Shown here: in pieces, positions 28,495 through 38,469 of the stretch | Position numbering within the stretch: the first letter of the stretch is position 1 | Layout: each line of letters begins with the position of its first letter | IMG/VR virus record: IMGVR_UViG_2690316068_000002 | DNA from: a virus | Lineage: Duplodnaviria > Heunggongvirae > Uroviricota > Caudoviricetes | Length of the DNA: 64,000 bases | Reading direction: 5' to 3' (one strand) | Translations under genes and position numbers: made by a program | Notes under the pieces: model-generated | What the model was told of the DNA's origin: nothing | Database searches by the model: none | What the model saw: only the letters and a program-made list of their open reading frames with translations

Positions 28495-31400
28495 TTACTT
28501 ATTTATTGTCTCCGCGATATCAGCCAGAATGGCCTCCAGTCGCTCTCCTTCTTCCGGTCGGAAGTACAGGATATTCGGGTTAAATCCGTAGAAGACGGTT
28601 GCATCAAGCTCTGGGAAGTACTCCTTACGACCAATCAGATCTGATGGTTTACTCTTATTGTTAAATAGTGCGGTTGAACGACTACCACACGTCAAAATGT
28701 AGGTCGGACGCACCAGATTGATCTCTTCACGCATAAAGTCGGTGAACTGGCCGATCTCGTCTTTGGTGTAGTCTTTTTCTTTGTCTTTAACCTTCTTGCA
28801 AACGCCTGTGACATAGAGATCGCCCATGCGTAAATCTCCAGCCGTCAATAGCTTGGCCTTAAAGTCGTCGTATCCGTTCTCCATGAAGTAACCGGTTCGA
28901 GCATCATTGCCGTTCGCATTGTCCAGAATGATCATGATTTTCGGCTTAATACCAATGTTGGGGCGGATTAGTTCATCACCTAAGCCCATTTCAGCCGCCA
29001 TCCGTGTCATGAGCACGTTAATCTCAGCCGAACGTTTGGGGTTCATCTCAAACGGACGTGAGGCTTTAACTGCGTCTATGACAAGGTTTCCCATCAATTC
29101 AGCCTGGTCGCGTAGGCGCTCTGGATCAGTTGCTGGCAGACTACCTGGCTCGATGGATGCAAACGCCCCTACTTTTTGCAGCGATTCGCGCACTCGACTA
29201 TTACAGGCACGTTTCTCGACAGCTTCTTCGAATTGCGCCAGTGACTCGAATTTGCCGCCAACTTTTTCTCGCGCTCTCATGATGGCTTGGCAGCCATTCT
29301 CAGAACACCCCTTCACAGCAGAGAAGGGCGCATACAGCACCTGGCTGCCATCTTCAAGCGTGCGGATCTCGATTCGGTTAGATGACACGTTAACGTCTGG
29401 TGGCAATACGCGAATACCATAGGTCAGCGCATCTTTAACCAGCCCCTGGTGTTTATCTTCGCCAAGAATAGTGAGAGCAGCAGCGAAAAACTCTGCGGGA
29501 TAATGAGTTTTCAACCACATAGATTGATAACTGATTAAGGAGTAGGCAACAGAGTGTGATTTATTGAACTGGTAGGCACCATTTTTTTCGAATGCGGTCC
29601 AGATCTCCTTCGCTTTCATCTCTGATAGCCCTGGATGTGACGCTGTAACGCGTACTGCGTTTATAGGTAGTTTTGCGCCGTGCTCAAGTGCCTCTTCGAC
29701 AGTTTTCAGAGTTCCGTCTTCGCATTTAAAATGTTCCGCACGGTGAATGCGCTGTGTAGTGCCATCTTCCAGCTCAACGTCTATCCAGCCAGCTTGAGCC
29801 TGAACGATGAACTTCTCGCCCATGCTCTTCATTTTTTCCATGTTCTTCTTACCGATTGCGGAACGCACACCGTCAGCTTCAGCCATTGTGAAGCCGGCAA
29901 GCAATCGAGTCGCGTTCATCGTCTGTTCCTGATAGAGAATCACGCCATTTGTTTCCGCGGTAAGTTCATCAAGAACGGGGTGTAATGATTCCGGCGTCAT
30001 AAAGCCTTTGGCGACAGAAACATAGTCGTCCAACATGCCGGATTGGATCGGGCCAGGTCGGAAGAGTGCGGTCGTGGCGACAACGGTTTTAAAGCTCATT
30101 GGCTCAATGCCACCGCCTAGATCTTTAAGCAGCTTGCGCATGGGGCCGGACTCCAGCTGGAATACGCCCTGTGTATACCCTGCAGCAAAACCATCCAGCA
30201 CCTTGCGATCTTCAAGAGAAATGGCATCAAGATTGATATCTTCACCTGTGTTCTCTTTTATGTAGCGTTTTGCACTATCGAGCAAATCGAGAGTTGCCAG
30301 GCCAAGCACGTCCAGCTTAATTAGGCCCATAGCCTCGCAGTAACGCTTGTCAAATGCGATACAACGCGCGTCACCACGGCGCTCAACCGGTGTACGTTCT
30401 GTCAGAGGAACACCTGCTACAATCATCCCTGCCGCATGTCTACCAAAGCCACGCATAAGGCTTTGTAACTTGCAGGCTGCATTGAATGCATCAGGATATT
30501 TTGTTGCGTATTTGTCGAGACTTGCCAGTTGTTCGCGCAGCTCTTCCAATGGAAGGCTATCATCCTCGACGTTCTTCAGTTCTTTTGATACCGCCATATC
30601 TGCGGACTCCACACCATAAATACGAGCGGTGTCACGTAGTGCAGAGGCTGCGCCCAGGTAGGTGAAGTTCGGAATGCCTGCAACGTAATCTTCGCCGTAG
30701 CGTTCATTCAGATACTCGATCACCTCATGGCGACGTGCCTGGCTGAAGTCCAAGTCCGCATCCGGCAAGTCGAGACGCTCAGGGTTGATGAAACGCTCAA
30801 ACAGAAGACCGTGACGGATTGGGTCGACGTTGGTTATGCCTATGCACCACGCCACCAGAGAACCGGCAGAGGAACCACGACCAGGCCCGACAGGAATGCC
30901 AGTTTCACGGCTGTGATTCATCAGATCGCGTACCATCAGGAAGTAACCACAAAATCCCAGGCGAGTCAGCGTGTTCATTTCGTACTTTAGCCGCTCAACA
31001 TAAACCCTGTTCTCAGAAGCAGGTGGTGTGTATCCAAACTCTTTTGTGGTAAGACGTTTACGCAGCCCTGCAACAGCCAGTTTCATCAGCGTTGCAGGTT
31101 CGTCGTCTGCCATCTTGGGCAGTGCTGGTGGCAATTCATGCCAGCGCCATGTGCAGGCATCGATAATGGAGTCCTGCGTTGTTGAGGCCATTGCAGCTGT
31201 TACCGGCACATCCATGCGAACGGAGAAGGCTTTAAGCGCCTCAAGGAGATGGCGACGACCATTGATGGCGTTATCTCGCTGGTGGGGGATACGCAGACGA
31301 TGCGGCTGGTCGATTTTTATGTTGTTCGTAACCATGTGCGCAATGTCTTTAATGTCTGCATCGTCGATCGATTCGTAATAAGCGGGATAGAACGCTACTG

Positions 31401-32013
31401 GCTCTATTTTCAGTGCGCTGGCTACTTTCATCGCTCGGACGTTAATCTGGTCGTAGAATGGGGTAGGGTGCGGATAAACCACGCTATAGAAGTTGTCTTT
31501 CCCGCCCGCTGTAATCAGTGAGCTTATGATTTTTGCAAAATCGTTGCGTTGGAACACGCTACCGATGTCGGAAGTGAGCAGGATGATGTTGCCTTTGGCA
31601 TATGTAGAAACCAACTGTTCGAGCGAGAGACGCGGTACAAAGTAGAACTGTTCTCGTGTGTTGGCCACCGTCATTAGTTCGCAGATGTCGCGATATCCTT
31701 GCTCATTTTTAATTAGAGCGGTAAACGAGTAGTTACGTCCCCGCTCTAATGATTCCATACATCTCATAGATTCTTTAGCAAGTTTAGCCCGGTGCTCGTA
31801 TGTGGGATCATCAACGATATTTAGTTTCACACCACAAATAACCGCCATGTCGTCACCAGCGGCACGTTGTAGTGGAATAACGCTCGCAATATTCATGCTA
31901 TCTGCTGAAATTACAGCGGTGTAGCCAGCTTCTCTGGCAATCTTCACCGCGTTTTCTGCTTTTAGAGCCGACTCCCCAAGTGAGAAGTCAGTTCGAACCA
32001 TCAGTGCCTTCAT
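28495..32013 (-). CDS. dnaE: DNA polymerase III alpha-like replicative polymerase (DnaE family)
   Basis: 1172 aa; block GYFLMVRDLMNHSRETGIPVGPGRGSSAGSLVAWCIGITNVDPIRHGLLFERFINPER matches the DnaE palm-domain signature; N-terminal PHP-like region. Confidence 0.85.
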   Translation of the reverse strand: MKALMVRTDFSLGESALKAENAVKIAREAGYTAVISADSMNIASVIPLQRAAGDDMAVICGVKLNIVDDPTYEHRAKLAKESMRCMESLERGRNYSFTALIKNEQGYRDICELMTVANTREQFYFVPRLSLEQLVSTYAKGNIILLTSDIGSVFQRNDFAKIISSLITAGGKDNFYSVVYPHPTPFYDQINVRAMKVASALKIEPVAFYPAYYESIDDADIKDIAHMVTNNIKIDQPHRLRIPHQRDNAINGRRHLLEALKAFSVRMDVPVTAAMASTTQDSIIDACTWRWHELPPALPKMADDEPATLMKLAVAGLRKRLTTKEFGYTPPASENRVYVERLKYEMNTLTRLGFCGYFLMVRDLMNHSRETGIPVGPGRGSSAGSLVAWCIGITNVDPIRHGLLFERFINPERLDLPDADLDFSQARRHEVIEYLNERYGEDYVAGIPNFTYLGAASALRDTARIYGVESADMAVSKELKNVEDDSLPLEELREQLASLDKYATKYPDAFNAACKLQSLMRGFGRHAAGMIVAGVPLTERTPVERRGDARCIAFDKRYCEAMGLIKLDVLGLATLDLLDSAKRYIKENTGEDINLDAISLEDRKVLDGFAAGYTQGVFQLESGPMRKLLKDLGGGIEPMSFKTVVATTALFRPGPIQSGMLDDYVSVAKGFMTPESLHPVLDELTAETNGVILYQEQTMNATRLLAGFTMAEADGVRSAIGKKNMEKMKSMGEKFIVQAQAGWIDVELEDGTTQRIHRAEHFKCEDGTLKTVEEALEHGAKLPINAVRVTASHPGLSEMKAKEIWTAFEKNGAYQFNKSHSVAYSLISYQSMWLKTHYPAEFFAAALTILGEDKHQGLVKDALTYGIRVLPPDVNVSSNRIEIRTLEDGSQVLYAPFSAVKGCSENGCQAIMRAREKVGGKFESLAQFEEAVEKRACNSRVRESLQKVGAFASIEPGSLPATDPERLRDQAELMGNLVIDAVKASRPFEMNPKRSAEINVLMTRMAAEMGLGDELIRPNIGIKPKIMIILDNANGNDARTGYFMENGYDDFKAKLLTAGDLRMGDLYVTGVCKKVKDKEKDYTKDEIGQFTDFMREEINLVRPTYILTCGSRSTALFNNKSKPSDLIGRKEYFPELDATVFYGFNPNILYFRPEEGERLEAILADIAETINK

Positions 32014-32197
32014 GTGTTTTTACCTTTCTGGTTTTTTTGATTTTGTCATTTGGGAAGCCTACGAACTTCCCATGCATCGAAATCGCAACTTCTTTTGCTG
32101 ATTGGTGACAATCGGGCTTGTCTGGACACACCAGACAAGCCTTACCAGTTTCAGAAGCAGCGATAAGAGAGCCGAAACATCCTTTACGCACGATCAA
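31988..32197 (-). CDS. small Cys-rich hypothetical protein
   Basis: 69 aa; CLVCPDKPDC motif; ATGA overlap with upstream AAA ATPase gene. Confidence 0.35.
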   Translation of the reverse strand: MIVRKGCFGSLIAASETGKACLVCPDKPDCHQSAKEVAISMHGKFVGFPNDKIKKTRKVKTHEGTDGSN

Positions 32198-33429
32198 CCA
32201 AATATTTTTTGAACAACTTCACGAGCCGCTTGTGCAGAAGCTGAAGGGAGTTTGTTAATGAAAGAACGCTCAATACCTGTCACAAAGTCGCCTCGCATCA
32301 TTCCAATCTTGGCCGACAACAAAAGTTCACGAGGGCCAATTGGCTGACTGATAAGGTGTTCTTCGTATCCATCGCGAACGATACCGGCAAACTTAACCAT
32401 CTTTTCTGCGTATTCATCCACGATACCGGCATTTATCAACATGTTGATCTCTGCCTCTTTGCTCATGTATTTCACATTCGAAACGATGCCAAAACGCGAA
32501 AAGTTCGCGGCGTTCTGGATGTTTGTACCCTGGTACAAGCCGGTTTCATCACCAGATCCGTTCGTGTTGCCAGTGCCAATGAAAGCAAACCGTTCATGCG
32601 GAGTAATGCGACGCCATTCTGGAGTCGCCTCTTTGATGACCAACGCTTCACCTTCCAGCACTGGCTGATACACGCCAAGAATCTGTGGAAACGCAAAGTC
32701 GTATTCATCCGCGAGGTAAACCCAGCCATGCTTCATTGCGAGCGCAAGCAAGCCAGGCTCGAAATACGTAGAGCCATCACGCGCCAGAATTTGTCCCGTA
32801 ACATGAGCCTCTTCCATTGATGCTGTATGTTGGGCACGGATTAACGGACGATTGAGCAAAGCACATAGTTGTGTAGGCAATGAAGATTTGCCTGTTCCTG
32901 CATGACCCCACAAATAGCCAGGTATGCCAAGTTCAAGCATCATGAAAATGTCTTTGATCAGTTCGAAGTCGCCATATACGTATCCCTTCTTCACTTCTGG
33001 AACGAACTCTGGAAACGGCGTATTGACGTTGACGCTAACCATGAGCGGCGTCCCACGTTTTGTTCCGAGTTCTTTCACCGTTACATTTAGCAGTTCGTGA
33101 GCTGCGACCAGATCTGTCTTGTACTCAACTGTGCCTGTGTAGCCTGGGCTACTGGTCACGCCAGATGATTTGGCCATTTCGCTTTTTTGCTCGGCACGTT
33201 TAGCTTGAATTGCATCAAGTGCCTTTTTCGATAGCGTTGGCTCATCTGGAAACTGTGTTGTGTACATTTTCAGTACGGTGTCAGGATCGGCATCTTTTAC
33301 TGACTCAGGAATGCCCTCGCAATTACCATTGGCAACATGGGACTTAAAATAGTGAAATGATTTTCCGCACCACTTGCAAACAAGGTAATCAGAAGGATTT
33401 TTTTCATTTTGCAGTGCAGTAGTAGTCAT
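32194..33429 (-). CDS. MoxR/CbbQ-type AAA+ ATPase (CobS-like)
   Basis: Walker A GHAGTGKSS and Walker B VYLADEYD in MoxR-like arrangement. Confidence 0.7.
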   Translation of the reverse strand: MTTTALQNEKNPSDYLVCKWCGKSFHYFKSHVANGNCEGIPESVKDADPDTVLKMYTTQFPDEPTLSKKALDAIQAKRAEQKSEMAKSSGVTSSPGYTGTVEYKTDLVAAHELLNVTVKELGTKRGTPLMVSVNVNTPFPEFVPEVKKGYVYGDFELIKDIFMMLELGIPGYLWGHAGTGKSSLPTQLCALLNRPLIRAQHTASMEEAHVTGQILARDGSTYFEPGLLALAMKHGWVYLADEYDFAFPQILGVYQPVLEGEALVIKEATPEWRRITPHERFAFIGTGNTNGSGDETGLYQGTNIQNAANFSRFGIVSNVKYMSKEAEINMLINAGIVDEYAEKMVKFAGIVRDGYEEHLISQPIGPRELLLSAKIGMMRGDFVTGIERSFINKLPSASAQAAREVVQKIFG

Positions 33430-33524
33430 GCGTTTTTCCTTTGTTTTCTAATGAGCGTTCAACTTCTTATATAAATATATCATTATCTATCGTAAGTGGT
33501 TACTTATCATTAAGGCTGTTTTAT

Positions 33525-35633
33525 TCACTTCAAAATGATACGAGATAGTTCAGTAACTACAGATGAACCAAGACTATCAACGCTCGTTACCAGGGCATGA
33601 TTTGAGTAAAATCTCTCCGGTGCGTCAGTCATGATGCCAATTGCCATCAAATCAATGTCAGTCTGCGTTTCAATTTGCTTCGCAACCGAACGCAAATGAG
33701 CGTCAAAACCTCTCCCAACAGCCCACGGCTCGCCATCGCTCAGAACAAGCATGATCTTCCTGTCCTCCATGCGACCGGAAAATAACGATGCAAGGCTGGC
33801 TATGCTTTCACCATCCACGTTATTAAGAAGTGGGAATGTGTAGCCTACGCACCCCATACGTGAGCGAACTTCGCGAGAATTTACCTTTTCATTCCAATTT
33901 TTGATGATAGGTAGCATTAAAGATTCAAAGCGAGAGAACTCATACTTGACAGCCTTAAGTTCTCCTGCCGCCATATGACTACCAAATGTAGTGAAGCCGG
34001 TGATAATGTTGGGAACATTTATTCGATCAAGGGCATCGGCGATGGTATATGCACTTGCAAGAGCCAATTGTATCGTTATACCCCTCATTGAACCTGATAA
34101 ATCAATCACTTGTTGAACACAGGCGTTAACGGCTTTAGATTCTTCTTTTTTACGAAACACGCGATCATCATTCATTGCTAATCTGTAGATACTAGAACCA
34201 TGAATGCGCCCCCGACGCTGGCCCGGTATAAACTGAACTCTGTTTCTGCTTGCTATTGCTCGCTCCAGGTCTTTTGCCAGCGTCGACGAAACACCTGACG
34301 AAAGATGCTTTTCAATATATTTGTCGAAGAGCTGGTTGCCTTCAGGAACGATGCGATAGCGGCTGATTGGACATCCTCCTAAATCAATATCGGAGAATGT
34401 TTTAATAAGCCGTTTGATATGGGCTTCTGCCTGATCAATCGAGCCGATGAAGTCGTATGAGCGATTGTATGGCCTGTATTCGCTTTTCGAGCTTTCTGTT
34501 AACTCGCTTTTAATCGTTTCGGATAGAGCATCTTCTGTCATGCCTCCGACTTCATCTTCTATGCTATCCAGCTCCTCTAAAGCCTCTTCCAGACTCATTT
34601 TTGACGGAGTTGGAATATCTGAAGAGCCGTCTTCTGTCGTTTTTCTTTTTTCGTGGTCAGCGGTTAATGATTCTGACGCCGCGTTATCAGAAGCATCAGA
34701 ATCTGATACCTCTTTATCATTTTCTGTATCATCGAATATTGTTTCTGATGATTCAGAATTATCTGAATCATCACTGTCGTTATTATCATGTTTGTGCTTA
34801 CTGTGTGATTCTGATTTGATAGATTTGTGATTATCTAACGATGAGGGTGTCTCATGATCTTCGTTGTCTTCATTGTTTTCTCCAGAGGCATCCGTCTGGT
34901 CAGCGTCTGAAGGATCGGAAGTTTTTCCCGGAGCTGACTCCTTACCTTTGCTTTCACTTTCAGTGTCTTTGAGGATCTTAGCTATGGTCGCAGCCACCTT
35001 TACACAATCCTCGGTGCAAGACATGTTACGCACGGCCACATCGATACCATGTTCTTTTAATAATGAAATTGGTTTCTCAATGACAGGCCAGTATTCATCC
35101 ATGAAATCTACGAACGGTGCTTGGCCATCCCAGGCTCTTACAACCGGACAGAGAAAGAAGTTTAGAAAAAGCGCGCGCTGATCTTTGCCACAATAAGCAA
35201 TAGCCTCTGAAGCCTTTGGTTTAAAGACTTTTTCGATTATAAGGCGCTGAGTTGCCATCAGATTACGTCTTGTTCCGTTAAAGACCTGACCCATTTTTCG
35301 CTCGATGAACACGTCTTCTAAGGCATTCCATAGCGACCAGGAAGGAACGCGTCCTTTTTCTCTCATTTTGTTGGACACACGAATATCGGTAAACAAAATG
35401 TGAGCAACCTCATGATCGAGAAATCCGCGCACAGCATTCATCAATGCCGGTGTTGCGTTATCCGGGATTGATGGGATGTTTACGAGAATTGGCTCTCCAT
35501 CATCGTTATAGCGTACATAAGCGTCGTCCCCTCGTTCTGCAACAGGGATGTTTTTACCTGAAAGGAGAGCGACTACTCGTTTTACACTGTCACGGAAGTC
35601 CTGAACCTCTTTGATGGAACGTTTTTTAGACAT
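33525..35633 (-). CDS. von Willebrand factor A domain protein (CobT-like)
   Basis: C-terminal vWA with VIDLSGSMRG motif; central Ser/Asp/Glu-rich low-complexity acidic region. Confidence 0.65.
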   Translation of the reverse strand: MSKKRSIKEVQDFRDSVKRVVALLSGKNIPVAERGDDAYVRYNDDGEPILVNIPSIPDNATPALMNAVRGFLDHEVAHILFTDIRVSNKMREKGRVPSWSLWNALEDVFIERKMGQVFNGTRRNLMATQRLIIEKVFKPKASEAIAYCGKDQRALFLNFFLCPVVRAWDGQAPFVDFMDEYWPVIEKPISLLKEHGIDVAVRNMSCTEDCVKVAATIAKILKDTESESKGKESAPGKTSDPSDADQTDASGENNEDNEDHETPSSLDNHKSIKSESHSKHKHDNNDSDDSDNSESSETIFDDTENDKEVSDSDASDNAASESLTADHEKRKTTEDGSSDIPTPSKMSLEEALEELDSIEDEVGGMTEDALSETIKSELTESSKSEYRPYNRSYDFIGSIDQAEAHIKRLIKTFSDIDLGGCPISRYRIVPEGNQLFDKYIEKHLSSGVSSTLAKDLERAIASRNRVQFIPGQRRGRIHGSSIYRLAMNDDRVFRKKEESKAVNACVQQVIDLSGSMRGITIQLALASAYTIADALDRINVPNIITGFTTFGSHMAAGELKAVKYEFSRFESLMLPIIKNWNEKVNSREVRSRMGCVGYTFPLLNNVDGESIASLASLFSGRMEDRKIMLVLSDGEPWAVGRGFDAHLRSVAKQIETQTDIDLMAIGIMTDAPERFYSNHALVTSVDSLGSSVVTELSRIILK

Positions 35634-35731
35634 GGCTAATCCTTTGTTATGAAAACAAATTATTTACTAGTGTGTTTAATGTAGCACTGCGCGAACAGGG
35701 AACTAAGCCATTCGCGCAGGGAGAAGAGGGG

Positions 35732-35944
35732 TTAACAGATTCTGACGGCTAAAGACCAGGAGCCGGTATTGAGAAGCGTGAAGCGTTTGTTGTTAAGTTC
35801 GAATATAAAGCCAGTTGTGTCATTCACACCAACCTGAATCTGCTCATTCGGTAGATCGGTGAGGATGTCAGCTACACACTCATCAGCTAATTTCTGTACG
35901 TGTCCGATCTCAAGAGCGATTAGGCTGGAAATAGTGGTGTTCAT
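35732..35944 (-). CDS. hypothetical protein
   Basis: 70 aa ORF. Confidence 0.4.
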   Translation of the reverse strand: MNTTISSLIALEIGHVQKLADECVADILTDLPNEQIQVGVNDTTGFIFELNNKRFTLLNTGSWSLAVRIC

Positions 35945-36122
35945 TCAATCAATCCATTCTAACTTATACTATGGTAAGGAATACTACTAAAATTTGTATC
36001 AATACTGAATACATTCATATCATATGCAAGTTGATTTTCTTACCTGTTTTGGGCTAATTTTTCTCCGTGCAATGGCCTTTAACCGGTCTTTTAAGTGCCT
36101 ATCGAAAAAAATGATAATAGCT

Positions 36123-36164
36123 TTACAACCCTAACCTTTGATGTAATATCGGTAAGCACTTACC
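36123..36164 (+). promoter_or_regulatory. sigma70-like promoter with operator-like palindrome at the predicted start site
   Basis: TTTACA-16 nt-TAATAT followed directly by GGTAAGCACTTACC (36151-36164), upstream of the HTH regulator. Confidence 0.5.
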
Positions 36165-36195
36165 AGAGAGAATTGAACGCGCAAAGGTTGTAACC

Positions 36196-36582
36196 ATGTC
36201 TGATAACAAGATTGAATTTATAGAAAGTCGCTACGCTGCTTTTATCGCAGGGTTGATTGAATCCTCACCTATGAGCCAGGCCCAGATAGCCAAAACAATT
36301 GGGTATAAAAACGCCAACAACCTTTCTTTAATTAAAAGCGGCAAAATTCCTTTGCCTATCGATAAGGTTCGTCCGCTGGCGCTGGCACTGGGCATTGAGC
36401 CAAGTCGTCTTATGATGATGGTGCTGGAAGAACGCCAACCCGAACTCGCAGCATTTTTATACAAAGAAGGCACTGCTCCTCTTAACGAGGACGAAAAACA
36501 GGTTCTTGCTGCATATAACGAGCGATTCGGTAAAGAGAAAGGCGCATCACAAAAGGTTGTTGAGGCCATAAAGTCTCTATGA
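36196..36582 (+). CDS. helix-turn-helix (XRE-like) transcriptional regulator
   Basis: HTH-like segment SQAQIAKTIGYKNANNLSLIKSGK; 128 aa; convergent with recombinase gene. Confidence 0.6.
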   Translation: MSDNKIEFIESRYAAFIAGLIESSPMSQAQIAKTIGYKNANNLSLIKSGKIPLPIDKVRPLALALGIEPSRLMMMVLEERQPELAAFLYKEGTAPLNEDEKQVLAAYNERFGKEKGASQKVVEAIKSL

Positions 36583-37680
36583 AAAATTTACACGAATAAG
36601 CTCTGTTGATAGACGATCTCCCTTAAATTTGTGGTCAATTTCGTCTAAATCCGGTTGCTCTACGATTGATGCGATGTACGTCGAGAAACTTTCTAAGGCG
36701 TCTCGCATCTCGTCCATATAATCGTGCCGGTCGTAGACCCGATCTATCCCCTCAAGACTGTGGTTCATGATTTTACGTGATACCTCCTGGCTTATGCCTA
36801 ATGCTGGGAAGTAACTACGCGCAGTACGGCGCAAATCTCGGGGTGTAAATGGCTCAAGCTCCATCAGTTCTGGTCGTTCCAGAATACGACGTAATGCCTG
36901 GGCTATTGCCACTTTAGACATAGGAAGGTCTTTCCCGATTTTTTTATTCGAAGGCACGAGCCACTGGCTGTCTTTACCATATTCGAACAACTCTTCAATA
37001 CAAGTGCGCATTAATGAGCTTAAAGGCAGAGAATGCTCACGGGCAGATTTGTTCCTCTTGCCTTGATTCCAAACCCCACGCTTAAGATTGAACTCACTTT
37101 TTTTAGCCCGCAGTACTTCGTCAGGTCGTCTTGCGGATACAAGACATAGCCTGGCCGCCCATTTTGTACCAGCACACACATTGAAGTAGTCCCATATATT
37201 CCAGAACACCCATACCTCTGCGTCGGTCAGCTTCCGCTCGCGAGGTGTGGGCTTTGCGCCACCGGCAACTTTGTTAAGTGACATATCGTTTAACGGTGAC
37301 ACGTCTATCATCCCCTGGAAGGCGCACCAGCTAAGGAACTGCTTCATCAGAGAGAAAACGCGGCGGCCCATAACAATTTTGCCATCCAGTATTAGTGGGT
37401 TGACCAGTTGGTTCACCATGAACCTATTAATGTCACTTACTTTTACATCGGCAATGTGCGGCAAAACATGTATCAAAATACAATGAACAGCGATCTCTGG
37501 CCGACGTCTGGTTATCAGCAGAGATAAGCGAGTGAATAACATGAATGCGTCCGAGAATCTCATGTCATTGCTGACCTGGGAGATCATAACGGCCTGCATT
37601 TGAGATGCTCTTTCGAGATACTCTATCGCCTCTTTTGAGGTGTTCTCCGCAGCGCGTGCTCTGTCAAAGCTATTTTTCAT
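36577..37680 (-). CDS. tyrosine site-specific recombinase (phage integrase family)
   Basis: C-terminal catalytic domain with RPDEVL (Arg I), box II variant FTPRDLRRTA, and HSLEGIDRVYDRHDY containing candidate Tyr nucleophile. Confidence 0.8.
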   Translation of the reverse strand: MKNSFDRARAAENTSKEAIEYLERASQMQAVMISQVSNDMRFSDAFMLFTRLSLLITRRRPEIAVHCILIHVLPHIADVKVSDINRFMVNQLVNPLILDGKIVMGRRVFSLMKQFLSWCAFQGMIDVSPLNDMSLNKVAGGAKPTPRERKLTDAEVWVFWNIWDYFNVCAGTKWAARLCLVSARRPDEVLRAKKSEFNLKRGVWNQGKRNKSAREHSLPLSSLMRTCIEELFEYGKDSQWLVPSNKKIGKDLPMSKVAIAQALRRILERPELMELEPFTPRDLRRTARSYFPALGISQEVSRKIMNHSLEGIDRVYDRHDYMDEMRDALESFSTYIASIVEQPDLDEIDHKFKGDRLSTELIRVNFS

Positions 37681-37778
37681 ATGACAATCACCGAGTTACG
37701 CCGATGCACTGTATAAGTAAACAGTATATTAGGCATAGATTCTTATAGGATCAAGAGTAAAAGTAACTCATTTTCAGC

Positions 37779-37811
37779 AATGATTCCATACATAGTAGGT
37801 ATGGAATCATT
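37779..37811. other. candidate recombination site: perfect 13-7-13 inverted repeat
   Basis: AATGATTCCATAC-atagtag-GTATGGAATCATT, ~100 bp upstream of the recombinase gene; architecture like loxP/dif/FRT. Confidence 0.55.
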
Positions 37812-37892
37812 TAGACGTCGTTTTTTAAATTTTAAGGTAAACAGGAGTGAGTTTGGTGGGGAATAAAAAACGGCTCCTGTGAGCCGTTAAAA

Positions 37893-38141
37893 TCAGAGGG
37901 TGCTGACGTATGCAGCCAGTTCTGTGTATCCGCCAATCGGCTGGCCATCGATCAGCACCTGGGGGATAGTCTCTACCGGTTTATCAACAATTTCACTTAG
38001 TTTTTCCTTGTCGATACCGGCAGTGGTGATGTCGATGTACTCATAATCACCGTAGCCATGTCCCTTTAGTTGCTTCGCCAGCTCAACCGCACGTTTGCAG
38101 TATGAGCAGTTATCTCGTCCGTAGATAACGACTTTCATCAC
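37893..38141 (-). CDS. glutaredoxin-like protein (NrdH/Grx)
   Basis: CSYC redox motif after VVIYGRDN beta strand; 82 aa. Confidence 0.75.
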   Translation of the reverse strand: MMKVVIYGRDNCSYCKRAVELAKQLKGHGYGDYEYIDITTAGIDKEKLSEIVDKPVETIPQVLIDGQPIGGYTELAAYVSTL

Positions 38142-38263
38142 TTCACCTCGTGCAACTGCTGTTCATTAACGATGATTGTGTCAATTTCGTAGCCGTGGAT
38201 GCGTGGCTTTGGCTTCACTGCCTGACGAGCTGCGCGACGCGCCTGTTTACGTTTGTTTCCCAT
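38138..38263 (-). CDS. small basic protein (41 aa)
   Basis: ORF 38138..38323 trimmed to ATG at 38263 (AAAGGA RBS); the longer ORF would start inside the upstream palindrome; ATGA overlap with grx. Confidence 0.35.
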   Translation of the reverse strand: MGNKRKQARRAARQAVKPKPRIHGYEIDTIIVNEQQLHEVK

Positions 38264-38310
38264 ATAGAGTCCTTTCAAGTGAGTAAGTGTCGTGACTATA
38301 GCTAAAATGA

Positions 38311-38330
38311 ATAGGTGAGTCATTACCTAT
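38311..38330. promoter_or_regulatory. promoter-proximal palindrome ATAGGTGAGTCATTACCTAT
   Basis: Member of recurrent palindrome family. Confidence 0.4.
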
Positions 38331-38469
38331 TTAATGTGTTTGGTTACTAAGCAGAAATGGCTTTGTGAGGTTGACACATTAGAAACGGCAAGACAGCTTT
38401 AAACTAGCTGAAATGGTATGGTCGATTAGGTATCATTCAGTTTCAAAATTAACCAAAGACACTGATAAA

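Noticed and set aside
36577-37680. Tyrosine recombinase as a chromosomal integrase using a tRNA-embedded attP
   Set aside because: The nearby tRNAs appear complete and the strongest candidate site is a symmetric 13-7-13 repeat next to the gene, which fits a resolution or cyclisation system better; integration is not excluded.
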